This document shows, piece by piece, positions 9,970 to 17,937 of a stretch of 64,000 bases of DNA (position 1 is the stretch's first letter; each line of letters starts with the position of its first letter). A program made the position numbers and the translations under genes. Location: positions 1,543 through 65,542 of the forward strand of contig JANMGR010000141.1 in NCBI GenBank assembly GCA_031374785.1, read 5' to 3'. This DNA comes from Sphingomonadales bacterium. GTDB lineage: Bacteria > Pseudomonadota > Alphaproteobacteria > Sphingomonadales > Sphingomonadaceae. The notes under the pieces were generated by a model that searched no databases, was not told the DNA's origin, and worked only from the letters and a program-made list of their open reading frames with translations.

Positions 9970-10952
9970 GCACCTTCCCCTAACATCTGTTTGTATGTTT
10001 GCAGATCAACGTTGCCACCTGATAGAGTGATTAAAGGCATTGCCAGCAGCTCAATTTTTCCAGCCAAAACCGCTGCAAGCGCCGCAGCGCCACCGGGTTC
10101 AACGACCAGATGCAACCGCTCAAATACCAATCGCATCGCTGCTGAAATCTCTGCCGTAGTCACAGCTGCACTTCTGGTCACGCGTCCGCTTAATATGTCA
10201 AAGTTTATCGGAAATGTCTGCGGCGTTTGTAGCGCGTCGCACAAAGTCGGGAAACTTTCATCTTTAACTGCAACGATTTCACCAGCCGCTAGCGAACGGA
10301 TAACGTCGTCCCAGCCTTCTGGCTCAGCAATCGAAAGCAAAGCATCGGGACAGGCCAGCCCAAGCCCGCCGGACAGCCCACCGCCGCCGCAGCAGGCGAT
10401 GATGTGAAGTGGCCCTTCAATGCCGCGCGCCTTCAGCTGTGCCTCAGCCTCCAACCCCAACGTCCCTTGCCCTTCAATCACCCAAGGGTCGCCAAAGGCG
10501 TGGACAAGTGTGGCGCCGGTTTGCGCCACCAATTCAGCCGCTATCGCATCACGGTCCTGCCCTGGACGTTGATAGAGGACGATCTCTGCACCCAAGGCAC
10601 GCGTAGCCTCGATCTTCGCTTTAGGGGCATTCTCTGGCATCACGATGGTTGCGCCTATTCCAAGCCGCTTTGCCGCCCATGCAACGCCCTGCGCATGGTT
10701 GCCGCTGGACACACCCACAACGCCGCGCGCGCGCTCCTCAGCGGTCAGATCCGAAATCCGGTGCCAAGCGCCGCGGATCTTGAACGCGCCTATGGGCTGC
10801 AGCATCTCTGCTTTGCACCACAATGTCCGGCCATCCACCTCCAACGGCAGCAAAGGTGTCGGAGGCAGTATCTCCGCAATCTTCGCCATCGCGCGCAGCA
10901 CGCCTTCGCGGCTTGGTTTGCGTTTTGGGTCCAGCAGATGTTGTCCGGTCAT
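9966..10952 (-). CDS. PLP-dependent threonine/serine dehydratase (short form)
   Basis: FKIRGAW (PLP-Lys), SSGNHAQGVA and a glycine loop (CCGGGGLSGG) are present. Confidence 0.85.
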   Translation of the reverse strand: MTGQHLLDPKRKPSREGVLRAMAKIAEILPPTPLLPLEVDGRTLWCKAEMLQPIGAFKIRGAWHRISDLTAEERARGVVGVSSGNHAQGVAWAAKRLGIGATIVMPENAPKAKIEATRALGAEIVLYQRPGQDRDAIAAELVAQTGATLVHAFGDPWVIEGQGTLGLEAEAQLKARGIEGPLHIIACCGGGGLSGGLGLACPDALLSIAEPEGWDDVIRSLAAGEIVAVKDESFPTLCDALQTPQTFPINFDILSGRVTRSAAVTTAEISAAMRLVFERLHLVVEPGGAAALAAVLAGKIELLAMPLITLSGGNVDLQTYKQMLGEGA

Positions 10953-11006
10953 AAAACTCCCCTATATGCCGTTGCCATAACGAATCTATGTCAAAGGGCG
11001 TAACAG

Positions 11007-12215
11007 ATGAGCAGAGTTGTGGTAATCGGTGCTGGTGGTGTCGGATCGGTCGCGGTGCATAAGATGGCGATAAATTTGTCTATCTTTACGCATATCAGCC
11101 TGGCAAGTCGCACCAAGCGTAAATGCGACGCAATAGCATCGTCTGTTAAGGAGCGCACCGGCGTGTCCATCGACACTTATGGCTTGGACGCTGATGATGT
11201 TGCCGCGACATCCGCGCTACTCAACCAGATCAAGCCCGCGCTCGTTGTCAACCTTGCACTCCCCTATCAAGACCTGAACATCATGGACGCCTGCCTTGCC
11301 GCTGGCGTGCACTATATGGACACCGCGAATTACGAACCGCTGGATGTCGCCAAGTTCGAATATCATTGGCAATGGGCGTATCAGGATCGGTTCAAGGACG
11401 CTGGCCTGACCGCGTTGCTCGGTTCAGGTTTCGATCCCGGCGTGACCAGCGTGTTCACCACCTATTTGAAAAAGCATTATTTCGACCGCATCGACACGCT
11501 TGATATCCTCGATTGCAATGGCGGCGATCATGGACAGGCCTTTGCCACCAATTTCAACCCCGAGATTAACATCCGCGAAGTGACCGCGGTTGCGCGCCAT
11601 TGGGAAAATGGCGACTGGGTGGAAACCCCGGCTATGTCGGTAAAGCAGCAGTTTGATTTTGAAGCTGTCGGCCCGAAAAACATGTACCTGATGTACCATG
11701 AGGAAATCGAAAGCCTGAAAACGCATCTGCCCGAGATCAAACGCATCCGGTTTTGGATGACCTTTGGCGATGCCTATATCACCCACCTGAATGTGTTGCA
11801 GGCCGTAGGCATGACGCGGATTGACCCTGTGCTGTACGAAGGCCGCGAGATCATCCCGCTGCAATTCCTGAAAGCGGTGCTGCCTGAACCATCCTCGCTG
11901 GGGCCCACAACCAAAGGCAAAACTAACATCGGTTGTATCGCCACCGGCCTTGGGAAAGATGGCAAAGAGAAGACGCTGTATATCTACAACATCTGTGATC
12001 ATGAAGACGCCTATGCCGAAACAGGCAACCAAGCCGTCAGCTACACAACCGGTGTCCCCGCCATGATAGGCGCGGCAATGGTGGTGACAGGTCAATGGTC
12101 GGGTGCTGGTGTGTGGAATATCGAACAGTTCGACCCTGATCCGTTTATGGAAATGCTCAACAAGCATGGCTTGCCGTGGCAGGTAAAGGAACTGGAAGGG
12201 CCGCTGGGTTTTTAA
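11007..12215 (+). CDS. carboxy(nor)spermidine dehydrogenase/synthase (saccharopine dehydrogenase family)
   Basis: N-terminal Rossmann fold (VVVIGAGGVGSVAVHKMA), 402 aa. It sits next to the carboxynorspermidine decarboxylase gene. Confidence 0.85.
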   Translation: MSRVVVIGAGGVGSVAVHKMAINLSIFTHISLASRTKRKCDAIASSVKERTGVSIDTYGLDADDVAATSALLNQIKPALVVNLALPYQDLNIMDACLAAGVHYMDTANYEPLDVAKFEYHWQWAYQDRFKDAGLTALLGSGFDPGVTSVFTTYLKKHYFDRIDTLDILDCNGGDHGQAFATNFNPEINIREVTAVARHWENGDWVETPAMSVKQQFDFEAVGPKNMYLMYHEEIESLKTHLPEIKRIRFWMTFGDAYITHLNVLQAVGMTRIDPVLYEGREIIPLQFLKAVLPEPSSLGPTTKGKTNIGCIATGLGKDGKEKTLYIYNICDHEDAYAETGNQAVSYTTGVPAMIGAAMVVTGQWSGAGVWNIEQFDPDPFMEMLNKHGLPWQVKELEGPLGF

Positions 12216-12238
12216 GGTTCTTTGTTTCGCGTATTAAT

Positions 12239-12303
12239 CCTCCCCATTTTTGCGAAGCACAAATGGGGAGGTGGCAGCCGCGAAGCGGCTGACGGAGGGG
12301 TAT
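12239..12303. repeat. left inverted-repeat arm (two hairpins)
   Basis: Sequence CCTCCCCATTTTTGCGAAGCACAAATGGGGAGG TGGCA GCCGCGAAGCGGC TGACGGAGGGGTAT. Confidence 0.9.
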
Positions 12304-12304
12304 T

Positions 12305-12661
12305 TTGCCACGTAAAAAACTAAATCAAAACATATCAAGAGCACGCACTTTGCGTCAGCAAATGTCACTACCTGAAATTCTGCTCTGGAACCTTTTGCGC
12401 AAAGCCCCTGACGGCGTAATTTTCCGGCGGCAACATTCTTTCGACGAATTTATCGTCGCCGATTTTTATTGCGCTAAAGCAAAGCTGTGTGTCGAGATCG
12501 ACGGAATTGTGCACGATATGGGCAATCAGCCGACGCGAGACGAGGATCGTAATGCCTTTCTTGCTGGATTGGGACTGGAAGTGCTGCACGTCCCCGCATC
12601 AGATGTTTTGAAATCGCCCATAGATGTGGCTGATGCTCTGGTGCGTTATTGCAAACGATGA
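12305..12661 (+). CDS. DUF559 endonuclease-domain protein (Vsr-like PD-(D/E)xK fold)
   Basis: ARTLRQQMSLPEILLWNLL followed by DFYCAKAKLCVEIDGIVHD is the typical DUF559 pattern. The start is TTG, 5 nt after GGAGGGG. Confidence 0.8.
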   Translation: MPRKKLNQNISRARTLRQQMSLPEILLWNLLRKAPDGVIFRRQHSFDEFIVADFYCAKAKLCVEIDGIVHDMGNQPTRDEDRNAFLAGLGLEVLHVPASDVLKSPIDVADALVRYCKR

Positions 12662-12724
12662 ATACCCCTCCGTCATCGCTATGCGATGCCACCTCCCCAT
12701 TTGTGCTTCGCAAAAATGAGGAGG
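12662..12724. repeat. right inverted-repeat arm
   Basis: Sequence ATACCCCTCCGTCA TCGCTATGCGA TGCCA CCTCCCCATTTGTGCTTCGCAAAAATGAGGAGG, the reverse complement of the left arm apart from the middle mini-hairpin. Confidence 0.9.
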
Positions 12725-12741
12725 AACGCTAGGGAGCAAAC

Positions 12742-13902
12742 ATGGAAACCAAAGCAGGCGATCCCGGCGCATTTGCCCGATTTGATTTGAACCGCGTTCC
12801 CTCGCCCGCTTTTGTTGTGGATGAGGTTGCGATCAGGCGGAACCTTGCGATCCTCGCCGACGTCAAAGAACGGTCAGGCGCGAAAATCCTGTGCGCGATG
12901 AAGGCGTTTTCGATGTGGTCTTTGGCGCCCGTCATCGGCGAATATCTCGATGGCGTGTGCAGCTCCGGCCTGTGGGAATCCCGACTTGCGCGGGATCATT
13001 ATTCGGGTGAGATTGCGACCTATTGTGCTGGCTATAAAACCACCGACATGGCCGAGATTGTCGCCATATCAGACCACATTATCTTCAACACGCCCGGCCA
13101 GCATGCGCGGCTTGCTTCGTATTTGGACGAAAGCGTCGATGTCGGTCTTCGTCTCAATCCAGAACATGCCGAGGGTGAGGTTGCTAAATACGACCCTTGC
13201 TCGCCGCAATCGCGTTTGGGTTTTCCGGTAAGCCAGTTGATGCCGGAGCATCTGGTCGGCGTATCTGGAATCCATTTTCACACTTTATGCGAACAAGATT
13301 TCGCGCCGCTCAAACGCACATGGGAAAGCCTAAAGCCCAAAATCGCGCCGTATCTCGGTCAGCTGAAATGGATAAACTTTGGCGGCGGGCACCATATCAC
13401 ACGCGCAGATTATCAGCGCGATGATTTGGTGGAGTTTATCCAATCTGTGCGCGCCGAAACCGGCCTGGACATCTATTTAGAACCCGGCGAAGCCATCGCG
13501 CTGGATGCGGGCATATTGATCGGCGAAATCCTCGACGTGTTCAATAATGGTATGGCAGTCGGCATCACCGATATCAGCGCCACCTGCCACATGCCCGACG
13601 TAATTGAGGCGCCCTATCGCCCTGCGATGCTCGGCGAATTGCCCGATGGCGACGGCTATTTCATCCGCTTGGGTGGCCCATCCTGCCTCGCGGGTGATAT
13701 CATTGGCGATTATGGTTTCCCCGAAATTGCGCAGCCCGGCCAACGCTTCGCCTTCCTAGACCAAGCGCATTATTCGATGGTCAAAACCAACACCTTCAAC
13801 GGTGTTCCGCTTCCCTCGATCTGGCTGTGGAACAGCGATACTGACGAATTGCGTTGTGTGAAGGAGTTTGGCTGGGAAGAGTTTCGGGATCGTCTCAGCT
13901 AA
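12742..13902 (+). CDS. nspC: carboxynorspermidine/carboxyspermidine decarboxylase
   Basis: 386-aa ORF with a type III PLP decarboxylase fold (AMKAF PLP-Lys region, INFGGGHH, EPGEAI) and the typical NspC length and context. Confidence 0.88.
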   Translation: METKAGDPGAFARFDLNRVPSPAFVVDEVAIRRNLAILADVKERSGAKILCAMKAFSMWSLAPVIGEYLDGVCSSGLWESRLARDHYSGEIATYCAGYKTTDMAEIVAISDHIIFNTPGQHARLASYLDESVDVGLRLNPEHAEGEVAKYDPCSPQSRLGFPVSQLMPEHLVGVSGIHFHTLCEQDFAPLKRTWESLKPKIAPYLGQLKWINFGGGHHITRADYQRDDLVEFIQSVRAETGLDIYLEPGEAIALDAGILIGEILDVFNNGMAVGITDISATCHMPDVIEAPYRPAMLGELPDGDGYFIRLGGPSCLAGDIIGDYGFPEIAQPGQRFAFLDQAHYSMVKTNTFNGVPLPSIWLWNSDTDELRCVKEFGWEEFRDRLS

Positions 13903-13968
13903 GTTTGACCAGCTGTTACGTTGCCCTGTTCAAAACACATTGCTAACCTCCCATTGGGGGAGGCAATA

Positions 13969-15087
13969 ATGATAACGCGACGGACATTGCTAGGCGCAGG
14001 CGCTGGATTGATACTTGCACCTTTTTTGGGCGGCTGCACCAGCGAGGCGTTTATGACGGCTAGCATCATTGATGGTTATGAAATGCCATTGGAAACCGCT
14101 CCGCACGAACGCACGTTCATGCAATGGCCGGTCAGCGTCGATGTTTACGGTCGAAAGCTACTAAGCCGCGTTCAGGCCAGCATCGCGTTAATCGCAAACA
14201 CCATTGCGACATATGAACCGGTGGTCATGCTGGTCGCCGACGCACAAACCGCTGAGGCGCGCAAAGTCCTGTCCGCAAATGTCGAATTGTGGAACATCCC
14301 GACCGACGACCTGTGGTGCCGCGATTCAGGGCCGACTTTTGTGAAAGACGCCACCGGCGCGCTCGCCGTGGCGCATATCCGTTTTAACGGTTGGGGTAAC
14401 AAACAGCCGCATAGCAACGACGCGCTGATCGCCGAACGCGTCGCCAGACGGCTCGGACTGCCCTTGCTCGATACGGGATTGGTTGGCGAGCAGGGCGGTG
14501 TGGAGCATGACGGCGCGGGAACAGTGCTTGCCCATGCCAGCAGTTGGGCTAACCCCAATCGCAACGATGGTAGCCAAGCCGAAATCGGCGAAAAACTGCT
14601 CAAAGCCCTGGGCGGTGAAAAGATGATTTGGGCCCCTGGCATCGCGGGTAAAGACATCACCGATTATCACATCGACGCCCTCGCCCGCTTTGTTGCGCCG
14701 GGTAAGGCGTTGATCCAATTGGGCGATGAGATTGATCCTGACGATCCTTGGTCCGTTTCGGGCCACGAAACATTGGGTATATTGCAGCAGGCCACCGATG
14801 CGCGCGGCAAAAAACTGGAAATCATCCGCCTGCCCGATCCGGTCAATATCCGGTCACGCAAAGCCGATTTTGTTGCAAGCTATGTGAACTATTATGTCTG
14901 CAACGGCGCGGTGATTGCAGCGCAATTTGGTGACAAAGTGGCCGACGCCAAGGCAAAGGCATTGCTGCAATCGCTGTATCCAGGACGCACTGTCGAGATG
15001 CTCAACATCGACGCCATCGGCGAATCCGGTGGCGGCATCCACTGCGCCACACAGCAACAGCCAAAGGCTGGATTGACCCATGCGTAA
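13969..15087 (+). CDS. agmatine deiminase family protein with Tat/lipoprotein-type signal
   Basis: ATG at 13969, 5 nt after GGGGAGG. The N-terminus MITRRTLLGAGAGLILAPFLGGC carries a twin-Arg plus a lipobox-like LGGC. The C-terminal catalytic motif GGGIHCATQQQP is present. Confidence 0.85.
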   Translation: MITRRTLLGAGAGLILAPFLGGCTSEAFMTASIIDGYEMPLETAPHERTFMQWPVSVDVYGRKLLSRVQASIALIANTIATYEPVVMLVADAQTAEARKVLSANVELWNIPTDDLWCRDSGPTFVKDATGALAVAHIRFNGWGNKQPHSNDALIAERVARRLGLPLLDTGLVGEQGGVEHDGAGTVLAHASSWANPNRNDGSQAEIGEKLLKALGGEKMIWAPGIAGKDITDYHIDALARFVAPGKALIQLGDEIDPDDPWSVSGHETLGILQQATDARGKKLEIIRLPDPVNIRSRKADFVASYVNYYVCNGAVIAAQFGDKVADAKAKALLQSLYPGRTVEMLNIDAIGESGGGIHCATQQQPKAGLTHA

Positions 15088-15532
15088 ATGGCTAGAAACC
15101 CGCGCAAAGGCGCTGCAAGCCCTTGCTGCCATCGTCACGATCTGCGCGGCGGTCGCGGCCTTAGTCGGTGTCAAAGTGCAAATCGACGCCAATGCGCGTC
15201 AACAACGCGAACAATCCGCACGCGACATTTACCGCGAATATCTCAACCTTTCGATTTCCAAACCCGAGTTTTCCAACCCCGATTATTGCGCGATCCAAGG
15301 TACAGCCAGCGAAGGCGCGTATGAGGATTATGTCGAATATCTGCTCTACACATCCGAACAGGTGTTAGCCGCGATGCCGGATTGGGAACCAACGCTGTCT
15401 GCGCGCCTCACGCCGCATAAGGAGCTGCTGTGCAGCGAAACGAATTGGGGCGAGGAAACGCCCGAGGTGCGCGCGATGATCGGGCGGTTTAGGGCGAAAC
15501 AGTGCGTTGGGTTCGTTTCGGGGTGCGGGTAA
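15080..15532 (+). CDS. hypothetical membrane-anchored protein
   Basis: The ATG overlaps the end of the deiminase gene by 8 nt. It has one N-terminal TM segment (ALQALAAIVTICAAVAALVGV). No family recognised. Confidence 0.55.
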   Translation: MRKWLETRAKALQALAAIVTICAAVAALVGVKVQIDANARQQREQSARDIYREYLNLSISKPEFSNPDYCAIQGTASEGAYEDYVEYLLYTSEQVLAAMPDWEPTLSARLTPHKELLCSETNWGEETPEVRAMIGRFRAKQCVGFVSGCG

Positions 15533-15582
15533 GGATAAATTCAGCCATTTGACTTTGCGCCCCAAAATCGTAACTTCCCAGC

Positions 15583-16050
15583 ATGGAAGCAACCAAATTT
15601 GCGGTGCTATTTTTTAGCTTCATCTGGCTCGCGTCGTGCGATGAAAGCAATCGCGTTTACGAAAAACACTGCAAAACTCCGCCCGCAAACTGGGCAACAG
15701 AAGCGGATCATAACCGAAGATTGGAATATGGCGGTATTGTTGATCCGATCTATAACGTTATCGATTTAGACGAGGCGGGAAAAACTGTCTGGAATGGAAC
15801 CTCCATAGCCAGGAAAGAACTCGAAACCTATCTACATCAGGCTGACAATCTTGATCCTACACCAATGATTATCCTACGAATCGGTGAAAGCACGCGGTGC
15901 AGTGATGTCGAAGATGTCCGCAAAATACTGTTGAGATCAGCGACGTGTCAAAGGCCAGAAAAGCTATGCACAGAAAATGATCCCGAGCCGGAACCGCCGC
16001 CACCTCCCGACAACGAGACGAATAATATCCAAAATATCCCAGATGATTGA
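15583..16050 (+). CDS. hypothetical lipoprotein
   Basis: Signal plus lipobox (FSFIWLASC). The C-terminus is Pro/acid-rich (EPEPPPPPDNETNN). The ORF is A+T-richer than its neighbours. Confidence 0.55.
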   Translation: MEATKFAVLFFSFIWLASCDESNRVYEKHCKTPPANWATEADHNRRLEYGGIVDPIYNVIDLDEAGKTVWNGTSIARKELETYLHQADNLDPTPMIILRIGESTRCSDVEDVRKILLRSATCQRPEKLCTENDPEPEPPPPPDNETNNIQNIPDD

Positions 16051-16215
16051 GCCGCTGCGGTTATCACGGCAGCAACTGCGCAAGGTAACCAGAAACGCAA
16101 TTTTCACTTTACATTCATGTTCCCCCATTTATAGGCCGCACTGCTGCCCCAGGGGGACTTCCAATAACCGCAAGGCAGCCTTGTTGTTTTCGTTATCTTT
16201 TGGGGGTCCCTTGAA

Positions 16216-17427
16216 TTGCACATTTATCCTGACGCATCGTCCCTAGTTCGCGGCGAAAGCCCGGACGAACCGATCACGCTCCTTCGCCCACACGCCGCAA
16301 CGCGTGCTGCCCGCTTCTTCGTTGAGAAGTTTCCGGGCAAGTCGCTGTATGCGGTAAAGGCCAATCCTTCGCCGAAGTTGCTCGAAACTTTATGGGCAGC
16401 AGGAATCACGCATTACGACGTTGCCTCGCTCGGCGAAGTGCGGCTGGTGCATAAATTCCTGCCCGACGCGAAATTGTGCTTTATGCATCCGGTGAAATCG
16501 GAACGCGCGATTGCGCAGGCCTATCACAACCACAATGTGAAGACGTTCAGCCTTGATAGCCATGAAGAGCTCGACAAGATCGTGCGTGCTACCGCGAAAG
16601 ACGGTGTGCCTGCGGCTGACCTTGAGCTTTGCGTGCGCATTCGGGTGTCTTCGGAACATGCCAAGCTAAGTCTAGCGTCAAAATTTGGTGCCGAGCCGGA
16701 TAAGGTTGCGGACCTGCTGGTTGCTACGCGCCAAGTTGCAGACAGCCTTGGCATCGCATTCCATGTTGGCAGCCAGGCTATGACGCCAAAAGCGTATGCA
16801 GAAGCGATGGAACTGGTGCGCGCGGCGATTGTCGAGGCGTCGGTTACCGTCGATATCGTTGATGTCGGTGGTGGCTTCCCCTCAGTCTATCCCGGCATGG
16901 AGCCTCCGCCGCTTGAGAGCTATTTTGAGGTAATCCATCGCACCTTTGAAGACCTTCCCGTCAGTTACTCGTCGGAATTGTGGTGTGAGCCCGGTCGCGC
17001 CTTGTGCGCCGAATATGCGTCGTTGCTGGTAAAGGTCGAAAAACGCCGCGGGACAGAGCTGTTCATCAACGATGGTGCCTATGGTGCGCTGTTTGATGCA
17101 GCGCATATTGATTGGCGGTTTCCGGTCGTATTGCATCGTGAAAACGCGGCGGAAGACATGACTGAATTCGCCTTTTACGGCCCAACCTGTGACGATATGG
17201 ATTATATGGCAGGGCCATTCCTGTTGCCTTCGGATACCAAAGCGGGCGACTATATCGAAGTCGGCATGCTCGGCGCTTATGGTTGCGCGATGCGCACCGA
17301 ATTCAACGGCTTTGGCGATGTCGAGGATTTTGTCGTCGAGGATGAGCCAATGGCAAGCCTGTACACACAGATGGCCGCCAACGATGCGGGCAATGTGCAT
17401 CGGCTGGAGCGCCGATCCGCGCAATAA
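16216..17427 (+). CDS. ornithine (Orn/Lys/Arg-type) decarboxylase, type III PLP enzyme
   Basis: YAVKANP (PLP-Lys), VGGGFP, EPGRAL and YGPTCD motifs are present. The start is TTG. Confidence 0.85.
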   Translation: MHIYPDASSLVRGESPDEPITLLRPHAATRAARFFVEKFPGKSLYAVKANPSPKLLETLWAAGITHYDVASLGEVRLVHKFLPDAKLCFMHPVKSERAIAQAYHNHNVKTFSLDSHEELDKIVRATAKDGVPAADLELCVRIRVSSEHAKLSLASKFGAEPDKVADLLVATRQVADSLGIAFHVGSQAMTPKAYAEAMELVRAAIVEASVTVDIVDVGGGFPSVYPGMEPPPLESYFEVIHRTFEDLPVSYSSELWCEPGRALCAEYASLLVKVEKRRGTELFINDGAYGALFDAAHIDWRFPVVLHRENAAEDMTEFAFYGPTCDDMDYMAGPFLLPSDTKAGDYIEVGMLGAYGCAMRTEFNGFGDVEDFVVEDEPMASLYTQMAANDAGNVHRLERRSAQ

Positions 17428-17459
17428 GTTGCAATTGACAATGTAAACAGAGTGACGCA

Positions 17460-17499
17460 CCCTCTCCCTTGACCAAAAATCAGGGAGAGGGTCTTTTTT
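17460..17499 (+). terminator. rho-independent terminator-like hairpin
   Basis: CCCTCTCCCT-12 nt loop-AGGGAGAGGG followed by TCTTTTTT, 33 nt after the decarboxylase stop and directly abutting the next ATG. Confidence 0.65.
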
Positions 17500-17925
17500 A
17501 TGGGAAATTCAATTTTAGCACCAGCAGCCGCATTAGTTGTCTGGTCAATCATCATGCTGATCTGGTTAGCGGCCACGCGGCTGCCAGCATTGTCAAAAAT
17601 CGGTATCGATATAAACAAAGCCGTCGGCGGGCGCGGCGCGGATATCGACCCGAATGTACCAGCGTCAGTTGCGTGGAAATCCCACAATTACGCACATTTG
17701 ATGGAACAGCCGACGATTTTTTATGCAACGGTTATGATCCTTGCGATCTCGAACGCCGCGACGCCTTTGATGGTTTCGTTCGCATGGGGCTACACAATTT
17801 TGCGGGTGATCCACAGCATCTGGCAGGCCACAATCAACAAGGTTGGCATCCGCTTTGTGATTTTCTTGCTTTCCACCATTTGCCTTACCGTTCTCGCGGT
17901 TCATGCGCTTTTGGCAACGATTTGA
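17500..17925 (+). CDS. MAPEG family membrane protein
   Basis: 141 aa with 3-4 TM segments. Its pattern is shared with the next ORF (ATRLPA/ATRIPA, NY.HL.E.PT.FYA, RF..F.LST.CL). Confidence 0.7.
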   Translation: MGNSILAPAAALVVWSIIMLIWLAATRLPALSKIGIDINKAVGGRGADIDPNVPASVAWKSHNYAHLMEQPTIFYATVMILAISNAATPLMVSFAWGYTILRVIHSIWQATINKVGIRFVIFLLSTICLTVLAVHALLATI

Positions 17926-17937
17926 GGGGGAAAGTAA

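Larger units (their letters stand above)
12239..12724 (+). mobile_element. inverted-repeat-bounded DUF559 cassette (putative selfish/REP-associated module)
   Basis: ~64-nt arms at 12239-12303 and 12662-12724 are reverse complements (see findings). They flank the DUF559 ORF with 1 nt (left) and 0 nt (right) of spacer. Confidence 0.45.
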
